Assembly (NCBI GenBank): GCA_002269645.1
Contig: NIVC01000300.1
Location: 248,001-312,000 of the forward strand
Direction of reading: 5' to 3'
Source of the DNA: Macrostomum lignano
Taxonomy: Eukaryota
DNA: 64,000 bases
Part shown: one piece after another, positions 48,549 to 60,850 of the stretch
How the letters are laid out: each line of letters begins with the position of its first letter
Position numbering within the stretch: the first letter of the stretch is position 1
Notes under the pieces: model-generated
Told to the model about the DNA's origin: nothing
The model's input: the letters and a program-made list of their open reading frames with translations, nothing else
Databases searched by the model: none
Made by a program: the position numbers and the translations under genes

Positions 48549-49129
48549 GCCATAGACTAAAGCCATAGACAAAAGCCATAGACTAAAGCCATGGACTAAA
48601 GCCATAGACTAAAGCTATAGACTAAAGCCATAGACAAAAGCCATTGACTAAAGCCATAGACTAAAGCCATGGACTAAAGCCATAGACTAAAGCCATAGAC
48701 TAAAGCCATAGACAAAAGCCATTGACTAAAGCCATAGACTAAAGCCATGGACTAAAGCCAAAGACAAAAGCCATTGACTAAAGCCATAGACTGAGGCCAT
48801 AGACTTAAGTCATAGACAAAAGTCACAGACTAAAGCCATAGACTAAAGTCATAGACAAAAGCCATAGACAAAGGCCGAAGAAAAAAGCCATAGACTAAAG
48901 CCATAGACCAAAGCCATTGACTAAAGCCATAGACTAAAGCCATGGACTAAAGCCAAAGACAAAAGCCATTGACTAAAGCCATAGACTTAAGTCATAGACA
49001 AAAGTCACAGACTAAAGCCATAGACAAAAGCCATGGACTAAAGTCATAGACAAAAGCCATAGACAAAAGCCAAAGAAAAAAGCCATAGACTAAAGCCATA
49101 GACCAAAGCAATAGACTATAGCCATAGAC
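48549..49129 (+). repeat. 13-bp minisatellite (GCCATAGACTAAA)n
   Basis: Direct reading of tandem units. Confidence 0.95.
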
Positions 49130-49949
49130 CCCTTTGCAAGCTTCGAAATCGTGATATAAATTTCTTGGTTACAGTTTTGCAATCCTTGTGACTTTAATCA
49201 GCGAGCTAGTTGACCAGCTAACCTGCTAGCTGTCTACAGAGAACACAAAAAATTTGCAACACCCCTCGTATATATTTTCCTTCTGAGAGTCATTCAATTC
49301 ATTCGTGAACCAAATCAGGTCTTTGTAGTTGTAGGCTTTGACGCCTTCTTGTGTAAATCTTTGTGATCTCTGTTTATTGAGAATTCTCTCTATTTTTGGT
49401 ATGCTTTTTGTTTTTAAATCCCTCACTATAACTGTGAAATATACAGTAAGATTGCCAAATTTACCATTGATACTAATGTACATATGCTAATCTGGTCTGA
49501 TATTTACCGTACTTTTTATTCACAATACAAGTTAAAAAGTTGTGCAACATGCTACTGATTCAGTAGACAGTCGGAAATGTTTTATTACATTTGTTATCAG
49601 ATTTAGGGGTCATATACAATCACATTACAACAATAATCAAGTTGATAATTACTAAACACTAATCAGTATCTCATAAAATCATTTGGTAAGCACTGGCAGA
49701 TGTGGATCCCGATCGGTTTTAAATGCCGCTGCAGGCGCAGCCGAAATCGGGATTGACGCTTTCTTGGAAATACTCTGCTTAGTTCTCTGTCGCATAGGAA
49801 CTGAGGACTGTGGGCTTTTTTTGACTGAGGTCAAAAGATTATTAAATAACAAATTACTGTCTGTTCCAGAAGCCCAGACACCGCTATGATATTCTAATAT
49901 TGATCCTTTTTATAGACTGGCGCCACTTTACAGATCCTACATTTAAGTG

Positions 49950-51445
49950 CCAATCTATAGAGCCCTGGGGCCACTCTACAGAATCCTAGCGCCACAGACC
50001 CATAGAGCCACTCTACAGACCAATAGCGCCACTCTACAGACCCATAGCGCCACACTACAGAACCCTAGCGCCACTCTACAGACCAATAGCGCCACTCTAC
50101 AGACCCATAGCGCCACTCTACAGAACCATAGTGCCAATCTACAGACCAATAGCGCCACTCTACAGACCCATAGCGCCACTCTACAGAACCATAGCGCCAC
50201 TCTACAGAACCCTAGCGCCACTCTACAGACCGGCCATAGCGCCACTCTACAGAACCATAGCGCCACTCTACAGAACCCTAGCGCCACTCTACAGACCCAT
50301 AGCGCCACTCTACAGAACCCTAGCGCCACTCTACAGACCGGCCATAGCGCCACTCTACAGAACCATAGCGCCACTCTACAGAACCCTAGCGCCACTCTAC
50401 AGACCCATAGCGCCTCTCTACAGAACCCTAGCGCCACTCTACGGAACCCTTAGCGCCACTCTACAGACCAATAGCGCCACTCTACAGACCAGCGCCACTC
50501 TACAGACCCATAGCGCCACTCTACAGACCAATAGCGCCACTCTACAGACCAGCGCCACTCTACAGACCCATAGCGCCACTCTACAGAACCCTAGCGCCAT
50601 TCTACAGAACCCTAGTGCCACAGACCCATAGAGCCACTCTACAGACCAATAGCGCCACTCTACAGACCGATAGCGCCACTCTACAGAACCATAGCGCCAC
50701 TCTACAGAACCATAGTGCCAATCTACAGACCCATAGCGCCACTCTACAGAACCATAGCGCCACTCTACAGAACCATAGTGCCAATCTACAGACCCATAGC
50801 GCCACTCTACAGAACCATAGCGCCACTCTACAGAACCCTAGCGCCACTCTACAGACCCATAGCGCCACTCTACAGAACCCTAGCGCAACTCTACAGAACC
50901 CTTAGCGCCACTCTACAGACCAGCGCCACTCTACAGACCCATAGCGCCACTCTACAGAACCCTAGCGCCACTCTACAGAACCCTAGCGCCACTCTACAGA
51001 ACCCTAGTGCCACAGACCCATAGAGCCACTCTACAGACCAATAGCGCCACTCTACAGACCAATAGCGCCACTCTACAGACCGATAGCGCCACTCTACAGA
51101 ACCCTAGCGCCACTCTACAGACCAATAGCGCCACTCTACAGACCAATAGCGCCACTCTACAGACCAATAGCGCCACTCTACAGACCGATAGCGCCACTCT
51201 ACAGAACCCTAGCGCCACTCTACAGAACCATAGCGCCACTCTACAGAACCATAGCGCCACTCTACAGAACCCTAGCGCCACTCTACAGACCCATAGCGCC
51301 ACTCTACAGAACCATAGTGCCACTCTACAGACCCATAGCGCCACTCTACAGAACCCTAGCGCCACTCTACAGAACCCTAGCGCCACTCTACAGACCCATA
51401 GCGCCACTCTACAGAACCATAGTGCCAATCTACAGATTCCATAAC
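49950..51445 (+). repeat. ~21-bp minisatellite (AGCGCCACTCTACAGACCCAT/AACCCT)n
   Basis: Direct reading; gives SATLQTH/SATLQNP shadow ORFs. Confidence 0.95.
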
Positions 51446-51754
51446 ACGCCTCAGTCTAAAATCCCAGTAACGTAAATGTAAACGTACGTTGTACAGAAAT
51501 CTGCGAGAACAAAACAATGGGATTGAATGAGCGACCAAAACGGAAATGGGGAAAACCAAATACGCTCGTAAATTTACGCGAAAGTTCGCATTTACACGTA
51601 CGGCTCAATTGGTTGCCATGGAAACCAAAGCATCCGTTAGATTATTAAGATACTCGTATGTGAAAATTAATCTAGATAGTGCCATTGCAAAGGGCAAAAT
51701 TTACACTGGGCGACACTCGGACACGCGGGATATCAGAACGGGTTGCCATGGTTA

Positions 51755-54700
51755 CTAATAATAAAGCAAGAAAAAGTTGCAGAATTGTGCCAGCAGGAGC
51801 AGCAAGCAGAGCGATGGGATCTGAGACGGCCTGGCAGCCGAGCTTCCCAGTCGACGGCCGCCACCCTGTGGCCGCGACCAGCTCAAGTCGGGCGACTGCG
51901 GCGGCGGCTGCGGCTGGCGCCAGCGGCTGTCTGCGGGTCCGCGCCAGGGATTCGCTGAATACTGGGACTGGCCTGCGGGCGCAGGGGGTTGGCAGGTGTT
52001 AGACGGGGCTAACAATGTTAGACAGTTCCAACTTTTAGACAGAGCTAACAATGTTAGACAGAGCTACATCTAACAATGTTAGACAGAGCTAACAATGTTA
52101 GACAGAGCTAACAATGTTAGACAGAGCTAACAATGTTAGACAGAGCTAACAATGTTAGACAGAGCTAACAATGTTAGACAGAGCTAACAATGTTAGACAG
52201 AGCTAACAATGTTAGACAGAGCTAACAATGTTAGACAGAGCTAACAATGTTAGACAGAGCTAACAATGTTAGACAGAGCTAACAATGTTAGACAGAGCTA
52301 ACAATGTTAGACAGAGCTAACAATGTTAGATAGGGCCTAACAATGTTAGATAGTTCCAGCTTTTAGATGGGGCCTAACAATGTTAGATAGAGCCTAACAA
52401 TGTTAGATAGGGCCTAACAATATTAGATGGTTCCAGCTGTTAGATAGGGCCTATCAATGTTAGATAGTTCCAGCTGTTAGATAGGGCCTAACAATGTTAG
52501 ATGGTTCCAGCTGTTAGATAGGGCCTAACAATGTTAGATGGTTCCAGCTGTTAGATAGGGCCTATCAATGTTAGATGGTTCCAGCTGTTATATAGAGCCT
52601 AACAATGTTAGACAGTTCCAGCTGTTAGACGGGACAATGCAATTATGAACCACAGTATTGGCAACACAAAATTACTGAGCTGGCCAAATATCTAACAATA
52701 GCAGCGCTTGTACTTTAATCAGCTGAGTACACCGAGTCCAGCAGCATATATTGTGCATGCAGCATTGATTTATAGCGCGCTATCAATTTCAGCTTTGAGA
52801 AGAGGAGGATCTGCTCAATCCAGATAAAATCTGTAACAGTATGCTCACACCAGCCAGGTGGGTCACACTATGAACTTGCCGATTCCTCCCACGCTTCCGT
52901 CAAATCTTTGAACTTTACAGGCCAGCCGCTAGCGGTAAGCGGCAAACTACTAATTCCTTCTGCCCGGCGTGAATTCTCATGCGCTCGATTGCTTCCAGGA
53001 GTAGCTGCAGGCAGGCTGATTGATAATTTCGGGCGGCCCTGTGACCGCGGCCCGACCTTTTTTTACTCCTCATTCTCTTCTCCCTTCCCCTTCTCTTTGA
53101 ATCGATACGGGAGCCGGCAAGGAATGAAATGAGAAAGAGACTTTTTCTCTAAGGCGTCCTGTTGATTGAAGATCGATTGGGGTATTGCGCCTGCTCTCTG
53201 CCTGTTCAAGTGGCAGCCTTGGACCCTTCAGCACAATGTGCCATAGTCTATGGCAGCTAAAGTGCACCGGCTGGGGGCAATTCCAGCATTTCAAGATTCC
53301 CTTCTTCGAAATCGATGAACTGCTTCAATGTTTTGAACTTTGCAAAATAATGAAAATATGTGGCTGATTATTGAGGTCTGACGGCTGAGATTTACTGACT
53401 GAACTGCAGGCCGAGATCCGATGTGTTCTAATGGAAAACTCTAAATAGTGAGGATAGCGGGAGAGACTGAGGGAGAGTTGGGGAGATTGGGTGAGAGCGA
53501 GAGAGAGCGGGAGAGAGTGGGGGACAGTGGGGGAGAGCGTCAGAGAGTGGGGAAAAGTGGGGGAGAGCGTCAGAGAGTGGGGAAAAGTGGGGGAGAGCGT
53601 CAGAGAGTGGGGGAGAGTGGGGGAGAGCGGGAGAGAGTAGTGGGAGAGAGTGGGGGAGAGCGTCAGAGAGTGGGGGAGAGCGTCAGAGAGTGGGGAAGAG
53701 TGGGGGAGAGTGGAGGAGAGCGAGAGAGAGTGGGGGAGAGTGGGGGAGAGCGAGAGAGAGTGGGGGAGAGTGGGGGAGAGCGAGAGAGAGAGTGGGGGAA
53801 AGTGGGGGAGAGCGTCAGAGAGTGGGGAAAGTGGGAGAGAGTGGGAGAGAGTGAGGGAGAGCGGGAGCGAGTGGAAGAGAGTCGGGAGAGTGGGGGAGAG
53901 TGGGGCAGAGCGGGAGAGAGTGGGGGAGAGCGGGAGCGAGTGGAAGAGAGTCGGGAGAGTGGGGGAGAGTGGGGAAAGCGAGAGAGAGTGGGAGAGAGTG
54001 AGGGAGAGCGGGAGAGAGTGAGGGAGAGCGGGAGCGAGTGGAAGAGAGTCGGGAGAGTGGGGGAGAGTGGGGCAGAGCGGGAGAGAGTGGGGGAGAGCGG
54101 GAGAGAGTGGGGGAGAGCGGGAGAGAGTGGGGGAGAGCGGGAGAGAGTGGGGGAGAGCGGGAGCGAGTGGAAGAGAGTCGGGAGAGTGGGGGAGAGTGGG
54201 GCAGAGCGGGAGAGAGTGGGGGAGAGCGGGAGAGAGTGGGGGAGAGCGGGAGAGAGTGGGGGAGAGCGGGAGAGAGTGGGGGAGAGCGGGAGAGAGTGGG
54301 GGAGAGCGGGAGAGAGTGGGGGAGAGCGAGAGAGAGTGGGGGAGAGTAGGGAAGAGTGGGGGAGAGTGTGGGAGATTGGGGAGAGTATAGGAGAGCGGGA
54401 GAGAGTGGGAGAGAGCGAGAGAGAGTGGGGGAGAGTGGGGGAGAGTGGGGCAGAGCGGGAGAGAGTGGGGGAGAGCGGGAGCGAGTGGAAGAGAGTCGGG
54501 AGAGTGGGGGAGAGTGGGGAAAGCGAGAGAGAGTGGGAGAGAGTGAGGGAGAGCGGGAGAGAGTGGGGGAGAGCGGGAGAGAGTGGGGGAGAGCGGGAGA
54601 GAGTGGGGGAGAGCGGGAGAGAGTGGGGGAGAGCGGGAGAGAGTGGGGGAGAGCGGGAGAGAGTGGGGGAGAGCGGGAGAGAGTGGGGGAGAGCGGGAGA

Positions 54701-57700
54701 GAGTGGAGGAGAGCGCGAGAGCGCGAGACAAGTAGAGAGCGGAGACAGATGAAGATGAAAACAGAGGCAAGGGAAGGAAGAGGATGAGCGGTATTGAATG
54801 TCTGAAAGACAACTCGAGCATTTTCAGCGCACCATCGTTGAGCACGCGGCCCTTCTCATAGCTGGCGCCCCTGCTGCGCTGCCACCAGCCGTTGGCGCCG
54901 ACCGGCGAGCCAGCGACAGGTGTGGGCCGAGCTGCTGGAGTTGTGGTGCTCATGAAGTACTTGTGCTGACTGCGGCTCAGGCGCACTGCGGGTGTTGAGG
55001 GTTTGAGAGCATTGTGACAAGCTGGTATTGCAACAGCTGGCTAGAGTGCTTGGGCTTGTTAAATATTACTTCTGCAGACTACTTCTCTACAGGCTACTGT
55101 CTACAGGCTACTGTCTACAGGCTACTGTCTACAGACTACTGTCTACAGGCTACTGTCTACAGGCTACTGTCTACAGGCTGCTGTCTACAGACTACTGTCT
55201 ACAGGCTACTGTCTACAGGCTACTGTCTACAGGCTACTGTCTACAGGCTACTGTCTACAGACTACTGTTTACAGGCTACTGTCTACAGGCTGCTGTCTAC
55301 AGACTACTGTCTACAGGCTACTGTCTACAGGCTACTGTCTACAGGCTACTGTCTACAGGCTACTGTCTACAGGCTACTGTCTACAGGCTACTGTCTACAG
55401 GCTACTGTCTACAGGCTACTGTCTACAGGCTACTGTCTACAGGCTACTGTTTACAGGCTACTGTTTACAGGCTACTGTCTACACGCTACTGTCTACAGGC
55501 TACTGTCTACAGACTACTGTTTACAGGCTACTGTCTACAGGCTACTGTCTACAGGCTACTGTCTACAGGCTACTGTCTACAGGCTACTGTTTACAGGCTA
55601 CTGACTACAGGCTACTGACTACAGGCTACTGTCTACAAGCTACTGTCTACAGACTACTGTCTACAGGCTACTGTCTACACGCTACTGTCTACAGGCTACT
55701 GAGCCTCCAATTACCCGTGAGCGTCACCCGCGCCACATTGTCCTGGCTAGGCGCGAACCCGGGCCGCCCGATGAAGGACCGTCGGCACTCGTACAACCCG
55801 GCGTCGCTCAGCCGGACATCGGGAATCGTCAGCATTGCCGTCATCTGCGACCTCACAGACTGCTGTCCTCCGTAGCCACCCTCGCCAGACACGGCGGGTG
55901 AGTTGCTCCACCGCTTGGTGGGCCGAGTTCGGGACGCTCCGGGCCAAGAGCCCAGTTTCACCCAGTCCAGATCGAGGTCCTGGTCCTGACGCGGTCCCTG
56001 GCGTTCTAGCCACGTGCTGCACTCCAGGGTGGCGTTGTCACCAAGGCGAACCAGCTGTGGCACCTTGGTGATCACTGGGTTGGTTTGGGACAGGCGTGAC
56101 AGTTTAGAGACAGGTGTGACAGTTTAGACGACACAGTGTGACAGTTTAGAGACAGGTGTGACAGTTTAGAGACAGGTGTGATAGTTTTAGACACAGTGTG
56201 ACAGTTTAGAGACAGGTGTGATAATTTTAGACACAGTGTGACAGTTTAGAGACAGGTGTGACAGCTTAGAGACAGGTGTAACAGTTTAGACTACACAGTG
56301 TGACAGTTTAGAGACAGGTGTGATAGTTAAGACACAACTGTGACAATTAAGAGATGGGTGTGACAGTTTAGAGACAGGTGTGATAGTTTAGAGACAGGTA
56401 TGACAGCTTAGAGACAGGTGTGATTGTTTAGACACATCGGTGATAGTTTGGAGACAGGTTTAACAGTTTAAGGACTGGTTTTACAGTATTAAAACACATG
56501 TGACAGTTTTGGGACACAATTTGGAGACACATTTGACAGGTACGAGACATTTGTGACAGTTTTGGGACATGTGACAGTTCGGAAACAGGTGTGAATATTC
56601 GGAGACAGACGTGACCCTCTAGACGCCGGCATAACAACTCAGGGACAACATGCAGAGCAAAAACAGTGTATAAGTGCATTTGATATCCCAACATTTCCAT
56701 CCAGCCCTAATCCTAAATCTTTTCCACGCCGGCGCAAAGGACACGGCCGGGTGCGCCAGCAGTTCAATGGCGGTGCGCCTCTTTATCAAACGGGATGCGA
56801 AACCCCGATGCCAGGTCTCACGCAGATCGCAAACCACACAAACAGTAGCTCAGTCCTGCACTTTGTCAGCTCCCCACTCCTTCCTGGCTAAACGAACTGC
56901 AAAGCGGATCAAACAGCCATTTAGCTCCAGCCGGGCCAGGGGGCGGGGCTGAGGCCGCACTCTGATCCCCAGTGCAGGCCACTGATTGCCCATTCGAAGT
57001 TGAATCGAACATTTTTGCAGCCCCAACTGAATCCAGCAGTTTTTGCGGCTGTCAGGGGGGAGTGAGATTGTTGGGTGAGATTTCTAGGGTAGCAAATCCC
57101 CTGAACTCGAAAACTCCAAGGGAAATTATCTCCTAAAATCTCCCAAGCTCTGTCTGCGGGGCAGGTCTTGGATCAATGCGGATTGTGAATTCAACTTCTA
57201 CCGCGATACCTGGCAACTAGGGAGTGGGCCGGCCCTGGGGAACTGAAAGTGATATCCCTGTGAGCAGAGTTTTATAAAAGTCCACGCTGAACCTATGGAG
57301 ACAAGAATGATACGATATAAGTAATTGACAGATACGCGTGCAGACAGATGGAAGTCAAAGTTAATGAATGTTATTCATGCTTGACAATATAATCTGATTA
57401 CAAATTATAAGTCTGCTCATTAAACTGATGTGTACTTTTCATAAATTTTAGCTGTTGTGGGATAAAACCGCCCAAGAGGGGCTGATCTAAGAAGGGGAGT
57501 AAAAAGGCTGGGGTTCAGGAATGGGGTGGGGCTATCTGGGGAGGGGTAGAAAAGACTTGGGTTCAGGAATGGGGTGGGGCTATCTGGGGAGGGGTAGAAA
57601 AGACTTGGGTTCAGGAATGGGGTGGGGCTATCTGGGAGGGGTAGAAAAGACTTGGGTTCAGGAATGGGGTGGGGCTATCTGGGGAGGGGTAGAAAAGACT

Positions 57701-60487
57701 TGGGTTCAGGAATGGGGTGGGGCTATCTGGGGAGGGGTAGAAAAGACTTGGGTTCAGGAATGGGTGGGGCTATCTGGGCAGGACTGGGTTCAGGAATGGG
57801 GTGGGGCTATCTGGGGAGGGGTAGAAAAGACTTGGGTTCAGGAATGGGTGGGGCTATCTGGGCAGGACTGGGTTCAGGAATGGGGTGGGGCTATCTGGGG
57901 AGGGGTAGAAAGGACTGGGGTTAAGGAATGGGGTGGGGCTATCCGGGGAGGGGTAGAAGAGACTGGGGTTAAGGAATGGGGTGGGGCTATCCGGGGAGGG
58001 GTAGAAAAGACTTGGGTTCAGGAATGGGTGGGGCTATCTGGGCAGGACTGGGTTCAGGAATGGGGTGGGGCTATCTGGGGAGGGGTAGAAAAGACTTGGG
58101 TTCAGGAATGGGTGGGGCTATCTGGGCAGGACTGGGTTCAGGAATGGGGTGGGGCTATCTGGGGAGGGGTAGAAAGGACTGGGGTTAAGGAATGGGGTGG
58201 GGCTATCCGGGGAGGGGTAGAAGAGACTGGGGTTAAGGAATGGGGTGGGGCTATCCGGGGAGGGGTAGAAAAGACTTGGGTTCAGGAATGGGGTGGGGCT
58301 ATCTGGGGAGGGGTAGAAAGGACTTGGGTTCAGAAATGGGGTGGGGCTTATCTGGGGAGGGGTAGAAAGGACTGGGGTTCAGGAATGGGGTGGGGCTATA
58401 ATAGAAAGTACTTAATTTATCAAGAACTTCTTGAACCGTCAAAAACTCAACGCTCTCCTTGCAGCTAAAAGACTTTAGCCTACTACACAGAGCATTTCAT
58501 TGTTACACTGTGCGTAAACAATATTTACTGAGTCTCTGACTGAGTCAATGCAGACTTTGCTCGAGCAACCAGCAGGCTTCATCAAAACTAGCCCTCTCTG
58601 TCTGCTTTCGTAGGTGGAGAAGTTCTAGAGGAGGGGAAGTGGGAGCTCGGAAAGAGAACTGCTGCAGAAGCTGTCATTAATAATGCATTGCAGCCGGGGC
58701 CATTCATTGCGGTTTGTCCAGCCCCCCCCCACTGGTTCCACCCACGCCCAGGCCGTGTCACTTGTGCTTTTGAATTCCCTCACTGAGTAGCAGGCTGGAC
58801 AACCTCAACCTCAACCGGCCGAGTGTCGCTGTGTTTTTTCACCGATTCCATTCGCAGAAGAAGAAATCAATCTTGACAGGGAAACGCGAAAGCAAGAAGG
58901 GCCCTAGGGAAGCAGCTACGAGCGGGGGGGTTCGCGAAAGATCTCGAGAGTAGAGAGAGAGGCAAAATTTAATGCGGCCGAAAAGTGCTGATATGATTAA
59001 GGTGAGACATGACTGAGAGGCGCGACTCGTGCTCAATGAGGTGCGGGGGGGGAGCCTTCGAGTGAATGTCTGCCTCTTTGGATGGTAATGAGCGCTGGGA
59101 CTCTTGAAAGATGAAAATTCTGAAAACTAAAAATTATCAAGTTTGTCAGAAACTTACACTTCGATCGGTGATGCACGATGGTTGGGTGGGCTGAAATTGG
59201 ATTGGGCCAGTTTTGATGAGTTATTGTGCTTCTGTCAAGGTCTGCTTCAACGAGATTGTCTTGTTCTCAATCCTCTGATCTGCCCCTCAATCTCACCCTG
59301 AATCTCTCTCTCTCTTGATCTCACCCTGAATCTTCCCTCAATCTCACCCTGAATCTCTCTCTCTCTCTCTTGATCTCACTCTGAATCTTCCCTCAATCTC
59401 ACCCTGAATCTCTCTCTCTTGATCTCATCCTGAATCTTCCCTCAATCTCACCCTGAATTTCTCTCTCTCTCTCTTGATCTCACTCTGAATCTTCCCTCAA
59501 TCTCACCCTGAATCTCTCTCTCTTGATCTCATCCTGAATCTTCCCTCGATCTCACCCCGAATCTTACCTTGATCACATCCTGAATCTTCCCTCGATCTTA
59601 CCCTGAATCTCTCTCTCTCTCTTGATCTCACCCTGAATCTTCCCTCAATCTCACCCTGAATCTCTCTCTCTCTCTCTTGATCTCACCCTGAATCTTCCCT
59701 CGATCTCACCCTGAATCTTCCCTCAATCTCACCCTGAATCTTCCCTCGATCTCACCCTGAATCTTCCCTCGATCTCACCCCGAATCTTACCTTGATCACA
59801 TCTTGAATCTTCCCTCAATCTCACCCTGAATCTTTCCTCAGTCTCACCCTAAATCTCTCTCTCTCTCAATCTCACTCGGAATCTTCCCTCAATTTCACCC
59901 TAAATCTCTATCTCTCAATCTCACCCTGAATCTTTCCTCGATCTCACCCAAATCTCTTTCACTCAATCTCATCCTGAATCTTCCCTCGATCTGACCCTGG
60001 ATTTCTCTCAATCTCACCCTGAATCTTGCCTCAATCTCACCCTGAATCTTGCCTCAATCTCACCCTAAATCTCTCTCTCTCAATCTCATACTGAATCTCT
60101 CTCTTAATCTCACCCTGAATCTTTCCTCTCAATCTCATACTGAATCTCTCTCTTAATCTCACCCTGAATCTTTCCTCTCAATCCCCACCCTCTTCATTTC
60201 CACTCAGTCGCTCTGCCGCTCCCATCCTGACGCAAACTATCAAGCGATCCCCCAGGCCACTCACAGATGACATTCAGGAACACGGACTGCTCAGTGGCCG
60301 GGGAGTCCTGGTTGCTGCACCTGTACACGCCCGCGTCCCTGACGGACACGAAGCTGATCACCAGGTTGAGGAACTCTTCGTGTCCGAGCGACTCCCGCTC
60401 CACGCTGATGCGCGGGTCGGTGGTGAAGGTCACGTCCCCGATGGTCAGCGGGATGCTCGGGTTGCTGGGCCCGAACCAGCGCAGGTG
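51755..60487 (-). CDS. Dpr/zig-8/lachesin-like two-Ig cell-surface protein, probably GPI-anchored (5'-partial; exons 60487-60265, 56074-55715, 54985-~54833, 51972-51755)
   Basis: Exon A LRWF...LTIGDVTFTTDPRISV...LVISFVSVRDAGVYRC; exon B VRLGDNATLEC...LDWVK...LTIPDVRLSDAGLYEC; phase-1 junctions are compatible throughout; last exon ends GSSAARPSQIPSLCLLLLLAQFCNFFLLYY*. The donor of the third exon (GTGCGC at 54832) is the least certain. Confidence 0.72.
52005..52640 (+). repeat. 19-bp minisatellite (CTAACAATGTTAGACAGAG)n grading into longer variants
   Basis: Direct reading of tandem units. Confidence 0.95.
53450..54720 (+). repeat. Purine-rich ~20-bp repeat (GGGAGAGAGTGGGGGAGAGC)n
   Basis: Almost only G and A on the + strand. 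Confidence 0.95.
55075..55700 (+). repeat. 14-bp minisatellite (ACAGGCTACTGTCT)n
   Basis: Direct reading of tandem units. Confidence 0.95.
56090..56600 (+). repeat. ~20-bp minisatellite (GTGACAGTTTAGAGACAGGT)n, degenerating rightwards
   Basis: Direct reading of tandem units. Confidence 0.9.
57510..58397 (+). repeat. ~48-bp G-rich minisatellite (GGGTTCAGGAATGGGGTGGGGCTATCTGGGGAGGGGTAGAAAAGACTT)n
   Basis: Direct reading; internal deletion variants recur as a higher-order pattern. Confidence 0.92.
59280..60190 (+). repeat. Pyrimidine-rich ~23-bp minisatellite (TCTCACCCTGAATCTTCCCTCAA) with (CT)n inserts
   Basis: Direct reading of tandem units. Confidence 0.92.
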
Positions 60488-60584
60488 CTGCAGGTGTCAG
60501 GCGGATATTGAGGTGTGCAGATAATAGGTGAGGCGTCAGGGTTCAGATAGTATGTAGGGTGTCTGATGATAGGGTAGATTGTTA

Positions 60585-60850
60585 CGGGTAGGGTGTCAGA
60601 GGGTGTCAGAAGGTAGGGTAGGGTGTCAGATGGTGTCATAGGGCAGGGTAGGGTGTCAGAGGGTGTCAGAGGGTAGGGTAGGGTGTCGGAGGGTGTCAGA
60701 GGGTAGGGTAGGGTGTCGGAGGGTGTCAGAGGGTAGGGTAGGGTGTCGGAGGGTGTCAGAGGGTAGGGATGGTGTCGGAGGGTGTCAGAGGGTAGGGTAG
60801 GGTGTCAGAGGGTGTCAGAGGGTAGGGTAGGGTGTCGGAGGGTGTCAGAG
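60585..60850 (+). repeat. G-rich 10/30-bp repeat (GGGTGTCAGA / GGGTAGGGTA)
   Basis: Direct reading of tandem units. Confidence 0.9.

Noticed and set aside
49679-49824. Possible alternative phase-1 terminal exon for the Ig gene (KKSPQSSVPMRQRTK...LPVLTK*)
   Set aside because: Short, no homology signal, and an acceptor with a 47-codon frame can occur by chance; needs RNA evidence.
52005-52640. CRISPR-like array
   Set aside because: No unique spacers, no cas genes, and a eukaryotic context.
53325-54832. 553-aa Ser/Pro/Leu-rich ORF as a mucin-like tail of the Ig protein
   Set aside because: Past ~54720 it is the translation of a purine/pyrimidine satellite. A phase-compatible donor at 54832 and a GPI-like last exon at 51972 explain the gene better, though intron retention is not excluded.
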